Source: Octopus bimaculoides
Taxonomy: Eukaryota
Direction: 5' to 3'
Assembly: GCF_001194135.2 (NCBI RefSeq)
Contig: NC_068989.1
Location: 50,354,117-50,394,001, forward strand
DNA length: 39,885 nt
In this document: positions 21,801-34,543 of the stretch, one piece after another
How positions within the stretch are numbered: the stretch's first letter is position 1
How the letters are laid out: every line of letters begins with the position of its first letter
Notes under the pieces: generated by a model
What the model was told of the DNA's origin: nothing
Database searches by the model: none
What the model saw: the letters and a program-made list of their open reading frames with translations, nothing else
Position numbers and translations under genes: made by a program

Positions 21801-23245
21801 NNNNNNNNNNNNNNNNNNNNNNNNNNNNNNNNNNNNNNNNNNNNNNNNNNNNNNNNNNNNNNNNNNNNNNNNNNNNNNNNNNNNNNNNNNNNNNNNNNNN
21901 NNNNNNNNNNNNNNNNNNNNNNNNNNNNNNNNNNNNNNNNNNNNNNNNNNNNNNNNNNNNNNNNNNNNNNNNNNNNNNNNNNNNNNNNNNNNNNNNNNNN
22001 NNNNNNNNNNNNNNNNNNNNNNNNNNNNNNNNNNNNNNNNNNNNNNNNNNNNNNNNNNNNNNNNNNNNNNNNNNNNNNNNNNNNNNNNNNNNNNNNNNNN
22101 NNNNNNNNNNNNNNNNNNNNNNNNNNNNNNNNNNNNNNNNNNNNNATATATATATATATATATATGTATTCTTTTAGCTGGACAAGATCTTTCATACCGT
22201 TACAAACTAATATACATATACATACCCTTGAACATTGATCTGTGAATTAGTTGCAAAGATATGTATGCTATGCTTTGTAACAACTTCCTGCATATCACAA
22301 TATTCTATACTCTCAAAAATACATCTATAAATTTGTTTGTGTGCTACTTTTTGATAAATACCTCTCTATGCAATATTCTTAATATTAGCATTGTCTTACA
22401 ACATCAATGATGTATTTTCTTTATCAAAGGTTTTGACAAATATCACATCATTCCTTAACATTCCCATAATTTCACAACTTTAGCAATAAATTTGCTTATC
22501 GTTCTTTCTGTCAAAGTTATAGGAAATCGAATGCCAGAGAACGTGTCCAAAGCAAGCAATTATTCTCTTGAGAAAATAAATAATTCATGATTTGCTAATC
22601 TTGTTAGTATGGAACCGATGTAGATTTTTCAAATTCAAAGAATAGTTCCGTCTAAAGACAACATAAAAATATAATTATTAAAATTAATATTTATTTTATT
22701 CATACATTCCCTAAAATAAAATTGATTCAATGTTACTTTCTATTACCTGCACAAATCACACTAGACTGTAGAGTCGAAGACATTATGCTTTCACACAAAC
22801 CTGTCTTTCCCCCAAAGCGATTTGATGCAAAATTAGCTTCAGGAAATATATTATTTATTTATATGGTTATTTCTTATTTATCTGTGATAATGAACTGTGA
22901 CACTGGTGCAAGGTTACCCATATAAAGAAACAGATGAAGTGACACAGATGCAAGACTAGCCTTATCAGAAAACGGGAAATGAGGAAGTAAACGGCTGTAC
23001 ACGATTGACGAATACTTAACCACATGCAAAATACAGTAAACTCGACAGCAGGAGTCTAATGGAAATAACTAAAGATCGCAAGACAATTGTAAAGGTGCTC
23101 TACTGATTCTGTGTGACAGCTATGTAAATAATAATACTAGATTCTTGTGCATTGAATCAAATCTAAAAATGTGCTTGAATATATGGCCCCTATAAATGTA
23201 TCTAAATCGTATGTTAGGGACTCATAGTGTTTATCTCTATCATAC

Positions 23246-23474
23246 TCACTTTTACTCTCTTTTACTTGTTTCAGTCATTTGACTGCGGCCATGCTGGAGC
23301 ACCACCTTTAGTCGAGCAAATCGACCACAGGAATTATTCTTTGTAAGCCTAGTGCTTATTCTATGGGTCTATTTGGCCGAACCCCTAAGTTACGGGGACG
23401 TAAACACACCAGCATCGGCTGTCAAGCGATGTTGGGGGGACAAATACAGACACACAAACACACATACACACACA

Positions 23475-23509
<35 letters not shown>

Positions 23510-23678
23510 GTATATTCATATATTCGACAGGCTTCTTTCAGTTTAGGTCTCCCAAATCCACTCACAAGGCTTTGGTCGGCCCGAGGCTATAGTAGAAGCC
23601 ACTTGCCCAAGGTGCCACGCAGTAGGACTGAACTCGGAACCATGTGGTTGGTATGCAAGCTACTTACCACACAGTCAC
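23246..23678 (-). mobile_element. tRNA-derived SINE (family 2) with internal (CA/TG)n, near full length
   Basis: Minus-strand head gtgactgtgtggtaagtagcttgc...ggttccGAGTTCAGTCCtactgcgtggcaccttgggcaagtg; internal microsatellite 23450-23510; tail gactgaaacaagtaaaagagagtaaaag. Confidence 0.88.
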
Positions 23679-23934
23679 ATGACATATTAAATTCTTGGCG
23701 ATATTTGAACTGAGGGACTTAGTCCAACCATCTGCCATTTCTTCCACTCCATCATTGTCTCTGACAAATATAATGATTTCTATTTTTGTCAAAAACCTTT
23801 ATAATTAATTTAAATTCAGATATTATACGATAGATGTATCTGAAAGAAGGAAAGATATAGATACTTAGTATCGATGGTGTTTAAATAGAAAATGTATTTT
23901 AACTGATTTGGATAGACATTTAGAGGGCAATCAG

Positions 23935-25170
23935 ACCGGCTAGAGCGTAGGGCACTCGGTATCTGCCACTCATATGCTTTTTTTTCACTAGGTATGTGGA
24001 TAACATACCCATGTTCGTTCCATCCCATACGGACGGCTCCATTGTATTAGAGAATTGCAACAAGACAGAGCAACATACTAGATTCACCATCGAACACCAA
24101 ACCAGTGATCGTCCTCTCCCCTTGCTTGACTTCTGGGTTCATATCATAGACGAAGAAAAGATCGACACAGTGTTCTACAGAAAATCAGCTTACCGGGACC
24201 TTTTCGTCCGTTACAATTCGGCCATCTATATCAAAGCAAAGATGAGCTACGTAAGTAACGAGATCGCCCGGATACATAAAAGATGCAGTGACCACACCAG
24301 TCGGGACGCAAATGTTATTCAGTTCCTAAAGGTGCTTGAGACCAACGGATATCAAACGTTCGTTACTAACCTCATATGCGAATGCAGGCTAGGTAAACGT
24401 CGCAAGCGAGATCTCAGACTTGCTTCTAAAAGATTCCCCACTTCAACGAGAAGAACACATACGTCATTTACAAGGCTATCCCCAGGGAAAGACTGGACAT
24501 CCTACTGACCCATTGAAGACCATCCCTACACAGACATGTATCAATGAAGTAGTCACGTTCAGAACAACAATCCTGCATATTGGTGAACTGCTGTATTCGC
24601 AACACCAACACGTGCTTACGAACATAGTTTATCAGATACAATGCTCCAAGTGCAACAACTGCTACATCGGTAGCACAGCAAGACCACTCCACCTCCGTAT
24701 GAAATAACACCTCACTACCAACGCCTCTTCCTTCCGGTTGCGACAACACCACCAAAGATATAGACGCCTCTATACAGACGCTAGAGTGATCCACTACCTC
24801 GACCCGAAAATTAACAGTCGATCGGAGTTGAGCCGGTAGCTCCTATGAAAACATATCGGTGACTGCGCCCAATATCATAATATACGCCACCACCATCAAG
24901 AGATATGCATCGTATCAACCAACAGTCGGAGAGTTGCTTACACCAACAATTAGAGTGTTACTCCTACTGCTGCTAAGCCGTCACACCAGTCAACATTTCG
25001 TGAGTGGCCTACATCAGCAGTTGGAGGTTTGTTTACACCAACTATTGGAGAGTTGCTTACACCAACAATTCGAAAGTGGCTGCTACTGCTATTAACCTAA
25101 CGCCGAGGGGTTTGAGTAAGGTAACAGAATCGGTCTAACTGGACATTTCCAAGACTGCTTCCTTCTGAAG
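23935..25170 (+). mobile_element. Penelope-like element fragment (RT C-terminus, GIY-YIG endonuclease, 3' region), inactivated
   Basis: RYVDN at 23990-24004 (decayed RYVDD), RFTIEHQ...LPLLDFWV...DTVFYRKS...NGY, then NIVYQIQCSKCNNCYIGSTARPLHLRMK*H (GIY-YIG). Frameshifts and stops present. Confidence 0.9.
24928..25070 (+). repeat. Diverged 24-bp minisatellite in the PLE 3' region
   Basis: GGAGAGTTGCTTACACCAACAATT at 24928-24951 and 25047-25070, with a variant at 25023-25046. Confidence 0.8.
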
Positions 25171-25541
25171 ATGAGCCTTTGCCCTTCAAGTATTATGGTT
25201 TTTGTAAAACTTTCTCCATTGTAAAACATTTTCTTATCTTTCTTTTCTTTTCCTTCGATGATGATGATGATGATGATAATAGTAGTAATAATAATAATAA
25301 TAATAATAGTAATAATCGTCATCGCTAATATACACACAAGACAAGAAGTTTTGAGGTGAGATTAGTCAACGCTGTCACCTTCAATGCTTGACTCATATTT
25401 TATTTATTTATCTTTTGACTCTGCTTCTTGAAATGGAAAATTGACTTCGGCAGAATTTGGACACAGAATGTAAAAACCAGAACAAGTCCCATAAAACGTA
25501 ATTCACGACCTGAAAATCGTCCAGGGAAGACTTGAGCTTAC

Positions 25542-25822
25542 TTCGTTGACATAATCACTCCCTTTCCAACGTCACTCTTTTTTGTAAGCCTGTTGTAATG
25601 GTTGACGTCCTACTTTCTACATCATCCTTTCTGTAAAGTGTACCGAGGGTTTCATGCATATCATATGCCAAACGTGTAACGATCTTCTGAAATTGAACCT
25701 GAGCTGCATCTCCAGCAAAGCGACAAACAACAGGGAGACCTGTCCTTCGTCTGGCGACAACAACTCGTTGTCAAGGGCGCCGTTGTCCAGGATTCTCTTC
25801 CAGTAAGCCAGCCTTAACGTGT
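25542..25822 (-). other. Possible exon (mostly 5' UTR-like)
   Basis: Unique island, richer in GC. Acceptor candidates at 25824-23, 25875-74 and 25922-21. Donor GAA|GTAAGC with GT at 25541-25540; ATG at 25552-25550 just before it. All frames contain stops. Confidence 0.35.
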
Positions 25823-26681
25823 CTGAACAACATCAGCAATAACAAAAAAATGAAACTCCTCTCAGGCGAAACACTGCAACAGAACACAAACACGAAACAC
25901 AGTTCAACACACTATTCAGCCTACAGTGTGTAATGAAAGTAAATAAGGGACTTACAACTCGGAAAGAATGATTAGTGTTAAATGAATTAATGATTGTAGT
26001 GACTTAGGAAACATGATATATAAAAATCACAAAAATAAAAGAGAAATGAAGATTATACACGCAATATTCAGAATCAATGACCGCATCAAATGAACTGATC
26101 CTGTAAAACAAACAATTAAAAAGTAATAAATGAATATAATATAACGGTGGGGGATATTACCACATTGCAACAGCGCACTTTGTAACAAAAGCTGCGTAAA
26201 GAAAGGATATAATAGAAAGTCTACTTGAAATCAAGAGAGAGGGAGAGCGATAAGGAGTGAAACAGTGAGAGGGGCGGACATAGCGCTATACTTAAAGGAG
26301 TCATAACACGGAAAAGCTACGTACATTAAAAAAGAAATATTTTGGAGGGAACTATGGAAAGCAGCAAGACAAATCATAAATAAACATTTAGGCTAAAGCA
26401 AAAATAAATATTGTGCCTCCACTAGAATGGGAAAACATCACGGCAGCGAATAAACAGAAACTAAAGCAATGAACGGGAAAAATAATTTGATATAACATGG
26501 AGTTAATTTAATCTTTCTTGATAAAACTCCTAAATATATTCTACACACTTATGGATAAAAGAAGGTGCTCATAAGATTGGCTGATTCGAGGAAAAACCAC
26601 CATTCTAAGACGTGACAGGGATAGGTGATTCTAAAACTTATAGGCTGGTCCTATGATCTAATTACTACAAGACGATAATAA

Positions 26682-26866
26682 CGGTTTCAAACTTTGGCAC
26701 AATGCCAGGAGTTTCGGAGGAGGATGTAAGTCGGATTACAGTGCTGAACTGGTACTTGTTTTATCGAACTCGAAGGATGAAAAGCACAGTCGGCTTCGAT
26801 GAATTTGAACTCAGAACGAAAGGACGACGAAATGCCGCTAAGCATGCCTGGCGTGTTAACGATCCT
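26682..26866 (-). mobile_element. Family-1 SINE, slightly 5'-truncated, with perfect 17-bp TSD
   Basis: CTACAAGACGATAATAA at 26665-26681 and 26867-26883; B box GAGTTCAAATT on the minus strand. Confidence 0.92.
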
Positions 26867-27225
26867 CTACAAGACGATAATAATGTTAACAAACATTTAG
26901 CACGACGCCAAAATGAAATGCATGACTATACATTGAGCAAGTGTAGGTTTATGTAGTAGCGTCGGTAAGTATAGTATTCGTGAATAGTATTCCTGCATAG
27001 TAGTACAAATATGGAAAGCAAATATGGTACTATATTACAAAACTAGTGTCCTACAGTTTGATATAATCTAATTATATTCTAAGGAAAGCGTTATACACTC
27101 GAAGTATTTTCGGTAGTTTACATGCCATACGTAGGAAGCAAGCTTTATTAGTAACATCTTAATCTCTCTCTATATATATATGTGTGTATGTATGTGTATA
27201 TATATGTGTGTGTATGTGTGCGTGG

Positions 27226-27264
<39 letters not shown>

Positions 27265-28477
27265 ATTACATGTATTTCTTCTATCTTAATGAATAAAAAT
27301 TCTTCGGATAGAATAAATGGGTTAATAGAAACCAATGTAGCAAAGAACACAAAATAACTGTGGTGTAGTTTCTGTTTTTAAGGCAGGAACTCCTTGAAAT
27401 TTTGGGTATTTGAGTATATTTAAAAATTTAAGGAATGGAGAAAACGCATGTTATAATTGCATACTTTATTCCTACATATGTTTCAAAGGATTACAACCTA
27501 TATGATCCATAGGGATCTGTGATATTAAAATTGTAACCTTCTCTTCAGGAAATGCATGGGAATCATCTTAGACGTAAGACATTATGACCGAGTATGAAAA
27601 CAATAGATGGATAGGGTTATGACGTGATTCATTTGAAAAAAACCGTATCTTGAAGAAGACTAGAATGAGTAGTATACATCTTATGAAGAAGGGGTTGTGT
27701 GGGGCTCCAAAGTAGAATGGCATCCTTCGATGATAAGGTGGAAGATGGAGGTTAGATTAGGAATTTTATCTTCTTTTATATTTTGTATCATATGGAAATG
27801 TAAATCATAATAGTGTGTCGAGAATTTAGGAAAATCACATGCCATGAAGTCTCAATGCTTGTAACCTAAAGAAATCATCTAATGGTAACTATAGGCCAGG
27901 CAGAGATACTAAATCGAGCATATGAGCTATGCCTATCACACAAGAATAGAAAACCATCAATGCCATATGAGATGTGACTTTATGAGATCAATGGTATTCC
28001 TAAAGTCCACTAGTCAAAAATCTTCGGTGTGGTTTTGTTGCATTGCACATAGCCATATAGAGTATATATGCATTCAAAATGTGTTGAAGACAACGCTAGA
28101 GGGAGAGAAAAGGCGAGGGAGAGATATAAGGATAGATAGATAAAGATAAGTAGATAGATCGAGAGATAGAGAGAGTGAGAGAGAAAGAGAGGGGAGAGAG
28201 AGAGAGATTAGAAAATAAATAGAGTAGGGCACCAGAGAGTGTCAATCAGGGTCATAATTCTATAAATATTTAAATTAGATGTTAGAAATAACCAATCCTT
28301 CTTGCAGCATCATCTTCATAAATTGTTTCAATATTTTAGAAATAAATTGGTAGAACTCCTCACGAGAAGACTTCGGTTTAGTAACTCCCTCGAATAGGCT
28401 GATAGTTATTTCGAGAACTTCACTGTCGTGTTATATTCATTCTCCTACATATTTTTCTTGATTCAAAAGTAAATCTA

Positions 28478-28535
28478 CATTATTTACATTATTTACTTTT
28501 GACGGATATTTGCCCGTGGGCATATGGCGTAGTGG
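28478..28535. mobile_element. Fragments of the same tRNA/hammerhead element family as 2922-3440
   Basis: cattatttacattatttacttttgacggatattt (inverted tail) is joined to gcccgtgggcatatggcgtagtgg (start of the tRNA-like head). Confidence 0.7.
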
Positions 28536-28794
28536 AGAGAAAATGTGTACAGTAGTAGAAATCAGCTGTCCTGCGGACGTCAACATCACACTAAAGATTA
28601 GAGAAACAGAGAACAACTACGCCGAGCTACTGAGAAATTTGCAGATACTCCACCCAGACTACAAAGTCAGATTCATACCCGTGATTGTTGGGGCATTGGG
28701 ATATGTAACGAACTGTCTCAACAAAAACCTGGAAAAATTAGGGTTCTCAAAACCTGAAAGAAAAAGGCTGATTAGAAGACTACAGACTCAAGCC
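28536..28794 (+). mobile_element. RLE-type LINE C-terminal fragment running into a gap
   Basis: EKMCTVVEISCPADVNITLKIRETENNYAELLRNLQILHPDYKVRFIPVIVGALG. Open frame up to the gap at 28795-29362. Confidence 0.82.
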
Positions 28795-30075
28795 NNNNNN
28801 NNNNNNNNNNNNNNNNNNNNNNNNNNNNNNNNNNNNNNNNNNNNNNNNNNNNNNNNNNNNNNNNNNNNNNNNNNNNNNNNNNNNNNNNNNNNNNNNNNNN
28901 NNNNNNNNNNNNNNNNNNNNNNNNNNNNNNNNNNNNNNNNNNNNNNNNNNNNNNNNNNNNNNNNNNNNNNNNNNNNNNNNNNNNNNNNNNNNNNNNNNNN
29001 NNNNNNNNNNNNNNNNNNNNNNNNNNNNNNNNNNNNNNNNNNNNNNNNNNNNNNNNNNNNNNNNNNNNNNNNNNNNNNNNNNNNNNNNNNNNNNNNNNNN
29101 NNNNNNNNNNNNNNNNNNNNNNNNNNNNNNNNNNNNNNNNNNNNNNNNNNNNNNNNNNNNNNNNNNNNNNNNNNNNNNNNNNNNNNNNNNNNNNNNNNNN
29201 NNNNNNNNNNNNNNNNNNNNNNNNNNNNNNNNNNNNNNNNNNNNNNNNNNNNNNNNNNNNNNNNNNNNNNNNNNNNNNNNNNNNNNNNNNNNNNNNNNNN
29301 NNNNNNNNNNNNNNNNNNNNNNNNNNNNNNNNNNNNNNNNNNNNNNNNNNNNNNNNNNNNNNATATGTATATGCACAAACTTATACGTATATATTTTAAA
29401 ACGTTTGTGTATACAAACATATATAGAGCCACCAATATATTCATATACATATACCCTAATATATACATACACGTATGGTCTAATACATGCACACATACAT
29501 ACATATATTTACAAAGAATCCTGTACGCCCAGACACCTTTACAGATGTATAAATTAAATATTTATATACGTAAAGATATATGTATTCTCATACAATTAAA
29601 TATACACGCAACGACCAAACTTATATACGGAGAATGTAGTGACCTGAATTTGATACATCTATTTATACCTTTTCTTCCAAACCAGACTGGAGAATAAACA
29701 ATAACAAAAATCAATCATCAAACCAAAACAAATATCGTCACCATATATTTATATTCATCCATACGCTAGAGATATATACTTTGCTTCTGCCACTTCTATT
29801 ACCCTTATTCCTGCACGACGCATACACCTATCTACCTAGACCACATCTAACTACTATATACATGGCTATACTCCACACCAAAAAAACAGGACCTGTCACT
29901 ATATAAAAGCAAGGGCAATTAAAATAAAGCAATTTGATGATAGGAAGCAGGCTAAAACTTCTCTGTCTTTCTGTCTGTCTGTCTCTGTCTCTCTCAATAG
30001 TCATTGCAAAAGTTAGTAAATAGGTACTCTAATAAAAGGTATTAACAAATCCTACAGTTTAATGTTAACGTACTC

Positions 30076-30197
30076 ATATATATATATAGGCATACAAATA
30101 AACATTAATACAGATATATAAGTATGCATGTCTCTCGTTGTTTTTTTTTCTCTCTCTCTCTCTCTCTGTATATATGTATGTATATGTGTGTCTATAT

Positions 30198-30287
<90 letters not shown>

Positions 30288-30659
30288 CTGTGTGTGTATA
30301 TGTAAGTGTGTATGCATGTACGTATGTATGTACGTACGTATGTATATGAATACTTATATATCATAATGCCGCTGGAGTTTGAAAATAAAAAATAACTTGC
30401 ATAACGTGCTTGGAGGCAGAGAATGTTATATAATACTTCGTAAGTTACCTACAACTTCCAAGATCTTTCATCTGTAGAATGATACTTTTATATCCAGAAT
30501 CACCAGAGGACAGAATGCAGCTATACTCTTTGAATTAAAGAATCTGGAGATAGCTACGCTTCTATTTGCATCTAATATCTTGCAACCTATATGTAAATCT
30601 GAAATATAATATAATACACTACATAATGTTATACATGTATGTGTGTGTGTGTGTTGTGT

Positions 30660-30753
<94 letters not shown>

Positions 30754-30780
30754 GTATATACACACACGTATATATGTTTG
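30076..30780. repeat. (TA)n/(TG)n/(CT)n microsatellite cluster
   Basis: Arrays at about 30140-30360 and 30630-30780, separated by unique sequence. Confidence 0.9.
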
Positions 30781-31124
30781 CGTGTGTCCTTGTAGTTTAT
30801 GTGTAATAATGTTTATTGTATTGAAATAGAAATTTTTATGTGCTGTCTCTTTGTGTCCTGTAAATTGGTCGTTCGGTAGATATATTTCCACGGAAGCTAT
30901 ACGTCTGCAATAAGTATTTAATTAGCATGTACAACTGAAACATTGAAAGGAGTGTATTAATTGATGAAGCCAACAGAAGTGGTTATAGGATGAGTACCCA
31001 GTTGATAGATCAAATGAATTAGAAGCTCATCAAATAATGTGTAGCTAACTGACCATTCCACAGAATCGCCTACTTTGAATGTAATTCACAGGAAGGGCCA
31101 GCATAGAACCTTTTGTTGAAAGAC

Positions 31125-31515
31125 TGTATATTCCGAATTAAAAGTATATTCAACCGGATGAGTTTGTATGTAGTCTCTTCCTAGCCACTTTACCTTAGAG
31201 GTAATGTATCGACTCAAATCTACAGACCAGTTTTTCCCAAACTGGGGTCCGCGGATGCCCTGTGGTCCGCAAATTAATACTGGGGATCGGTGAACTAAAT
31301 TAAGTCACATAAGGATAAGCATATCAAAAGGGGTCTGTGGAAAAACTCATTTAAATAAAAGGGTTCGGAACCACTGTTGGGAATCAATGTCAAAAGTTTG
31401 GGAACCACTGCTATAGACAATGACGTTTGCCTAAAATGACATGAACTTTCAAAATGCTCGAAAAGCCAATAAAATTCTAATAGAGTTATACGAGTGAAAA
31501 CAATTAAGGAAGATG
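31125..31515 (+). repeat. Copy 1 of an unclassified ~200-bp dispersed repeat, split by a MITE
   Basis: Aligns end to end with 33012-33210 once the MITE and one TSD are removed. Confidence 0.8.
31228..31410. mobile_element. hAT (Charlie-like) MITE, 183 bp
   Basis: TIRs CAGTTTTTCCCAAACT and (rc) CAGTGGTTCCCAAACT. 8-bp TSD CTACAGAC (31220-31227) / CTATAGAC (31411-31418). Confidence 0.92.
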
Positions 31516-31651
31516 GAAAACAGAATCAAGTATCACTACTACTTGCATATTTCGAGATTATTATCCTCTCGCACAACAAAATTGATGTCCAACTGGTCTC
31601 TTTTGATCATTTATATGGTGAAATGCTATTGCTATATATACAAGAAGAGGA

Positions 31652-31694
<43 letters not shown>

Positions 31695-32366
31695 GAATTA
31701 TNNNNNNNNNNNNNNNNNNNNNNNNNNNNNNNNNNNNNNNNNNNNNNNNNNNNNNNNNNNNNNNNNNNNNNNNNNNNNNNNNNNNNNNNNNNNNNNNNNN
31801 NNNNNNNNNNNNNNNNNNNNNNNNNNNNNNNNNNNNNNNNNNNNNNNNNNNNNNNNNNNNNNNNNNNNNNNNNNNNNNNNNNNNNNNNNNNNNNNNNNNN
31901 NNNNNNNNNNNNNNNNNNNNNNNNNNNNNNNNNNNNNNNNNNNNNNNNNNNNNNNNNNNNNNNNNNNNNNNNNNNNNNNNNNNNNNNNNNNNNNNNNNNN
32001 NNNNNNNNNNNNNNNNNNNNNNNNNNNNNNNNNNNNNNNNNNNNNNNNNNNNNNNNNNNNNNNNNNNNNNNNNNNNNNNNNNNNNNNNNNNNNNNNNNNN
32101 NNNNNNNNNNNNNNNNNNNNNNNNNNNNNNNNNNNNNNNNNNNNNNNNNNNNNNNNNNNNNNNNNNNNNNNNNNNNNNNNNNNNNNNNNNNNNNNNNNNN
32201 NNNNNNNNNNNNNNNNNNNNNNNNNNNNNNNNNNNNNNNNNNNNNNNNNNNNNNNNNNNNNNNNNNNNNNNNNNNNNNNNNNNNNNNNNNNNNNNNNNNN
32301 NNNNNNNNNNNNNNNNNNNNNNNNNNNNNNNNNNNNNNNNNNNNNNNNNNNNNNNNNNNNNNNNNN

Positions 32367-32408
<42 letters not shown>

Positions 32409-33011
32409 AGATTAGTATCAATGAAGGTAGAGGAGAGAAAAAATACAGTGAAGGAAAAAATACAGTGAAGGAGAGACAGCGAGAGTAATAGCTATGACTG
32501 AAAGAGTGAAAGAAATTAATGACCGTTTGAGAAGAACGCGGAGTGCATCTTCTGTTCTCAACATATGAATGAGAAAGGCTATTTCTTATGTTATGTTCGC
32601 CCGATAGTCGAAAGATCTTTTCTGCTTGTTATTTTCTTGTGTTTGTATATGTACATTCGTTTACCTTGCTAAGGGGCTTAATGCCTTTAGCTTTGCTTTG
32701 TTCTGTTTGCCGTTTTGTGCTATCGTCCTTTTCCTTTTTTTGTTTTGACGAGTTCGGTTTATTGTGTTTTTTTTACTGTTGCTTTATAAGATCGNNNNNN
32801 NNNNNNNNNNNNNNNNNNNNNNNNNNNNNNNNNNNNNNNNNNNNNNNNNNNNNNNNNNNNNNNNNNNNNNNNNNNNNNNNNNNNNNNNNNNNNNNNNNNN
32901 NNNNNNNNNNNNNNNNNNNNNNNNNNNNNTATTCAAATATATATATATGCACACACACGCAGGCACACACACGCAGACATAAACGCGCGCACACAAACAC
33001 ATATAAAAGGT

Positions 33012-33210
33012 TGTATCTTTTGAATTAAATGTATATTCAACCCAATGACCTTCTATGTAGTCTCCTTCTAGCGATTTTACCTCAGAATTAATGGATCGAC
33101 TCAAAGCTATAGCCAATGGCATTTGCCCAAGCTGACAGGCAGTTTCCAAAATTTCAAAAGCCAATAAAATTCAAATAGAATCCTAGGATTGAAAAGAATT
33201 AAGGAAGATG
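33012..33210 (+). repeat. Copy 2 of the ~200-bp repeat, with the empty MITE site
   Basis: Single CTATAGCC at the position where copy 1 carries the MITE. Confidence 0.8.
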
Positions 33211-33254
33211 ATATGATATATGCATATAAATGCATGTATATTATTACATGGTGA

Positions 33255-33390
33255 GTTTCAGCAGTCTCCGTTTACTGATTTCGACTGCAACTCAAAAACT
33301 GCTAATAAAGACACTTGCCCAAGGTTCGGTGAACTGGAATCAAACACAAACCCATGTGGTTGAATCGTCAACATGGTATCCATACAAACA
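33255..33390 (-). mobile_element. Decayed family-2 SINE 5' fragment
   Basis: gacacttgcccaagg...aacccatgtggttg matches 23590-23650. Confidence 0.7.
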
Positions 33391-33960
33391 TATCTGTATT
33401 TATTCCTTTTTATCGAACTATATTCTGAAGTTAGTGAAAAACTATTACTAAACTTGTTGCACAGTTTCACTACACGTAGATATCAAATGCGAAGAGTCTT
33501 TTTTTTAATAGATATTGCTAAGTTATTCTGCTTTGAAGAACTTTGCAATATCTATTAGACATGATGTTAGAGTTCTGTAATGTTACCTTACTTCAATCGA
33601 AATAAACTGCACAAGAAGGTTATGTCTTTTAAATTTAAATATATAATTCTGAACTGAAAACATACAACGTTGGTAAGAAGAATTCATTTCGATCCACTTG
33701 TTTTGGTATATCATCGTATACTGCGTTGTCAAATAAATCATTCCTTCATTTTTGTTGGAAGAAACTGATTTAAGGGAGAATTTATTGCAATTAATACACT
33801 CACGTAGACAATGTTATCTCTATGTGATGTGTTTATTGTAGAAACGTTTCATTTGTATCTCTCTTTATACTGACTATCCTATCCATAGATTATTATTTGT
33901 TTGTTTTGTCAGCTCAATATTCACTGAACATGGGTCTAAAATATAAAAGAACATGATTGA

Positions 33961-34543
33961 GGAGGAGGGCTGGCAGAACTGTTACTTCTCCGGACACAGT
34001 GCTCAGTGGCATTTCTTCCAATCTTAGGCTCTGAGTTCAAATGCCACCGAACTCGACTCTGCCTTTCGGCCTTACAGTGCCTATAAAATAAGTATTACTT
34101 TAGTAGTAGTGGACTCGATGTAACTGACTCATTACCCCGCCCGAAACTGGTAGCTTTGTGCCAAAATTTGCACGCCGGAAAAAAAAATGCTTAACGCCGG
34201 CAGGTCGACGTTACGTTTCATTTTTTGGGGTCAATAAAATAAGTACCATTTGAGCACAAGGGTACATGTAATTGGCTCTAACTTCCACCCGCGAAATTGC
34301 TGGCTTTGTACCTAAGTTTGAAACTGTTATTATTATCATGAAGGCGGCGAGCTGTTAGAAACTTCACTTGGGGTGTTACCCAACATTACGCTCTGAGTTT
34401 AATACTGCAGGTGTCGAAATTGTTCATCATCCTTTCAGATTCGATAAAATAAGTACCAGTTGGACACTGGGGTCAATTTAATCTACTTAACCCACTCCTC
34501 CTCCATCTAAAGTGTTCGCCTTGTGCTACAATTTGAAACCAAT
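33961..34543 (+). mobile_element. Three head-to-tail family-1 SINEs
   Basis: Units at about 33961-34170, 34171-34325 and 34340-34543, each with ataaaataagta(cc) and a tttgtgccaaaatttg-like tail. Confidence 0.82.

Noticed and set aside
25141-25200. Intact hammerhead at the PLE 3' end
   Set aside because: CTGAAGA is present but is not followed by a closed stem II and GAAA.
25400-25905. Long minus-strand frame broken only by two TGA codons (25773, 25557), with a signal-peptide-like start and LEENPG (selenoprotein or 2A-peptide idea)
   Set aside because: The hydrophobic stretch is the translation of a T-rich acceptor tract, LEENPGQ lacks the D(V/I)ExNPGP consensus, and no SECIS or redox motif is visible.
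26265-26300. GGGGCGG GC-box as a promoter for the putative minus-strand transcript
   Set aside because: A single short motif with no other support.
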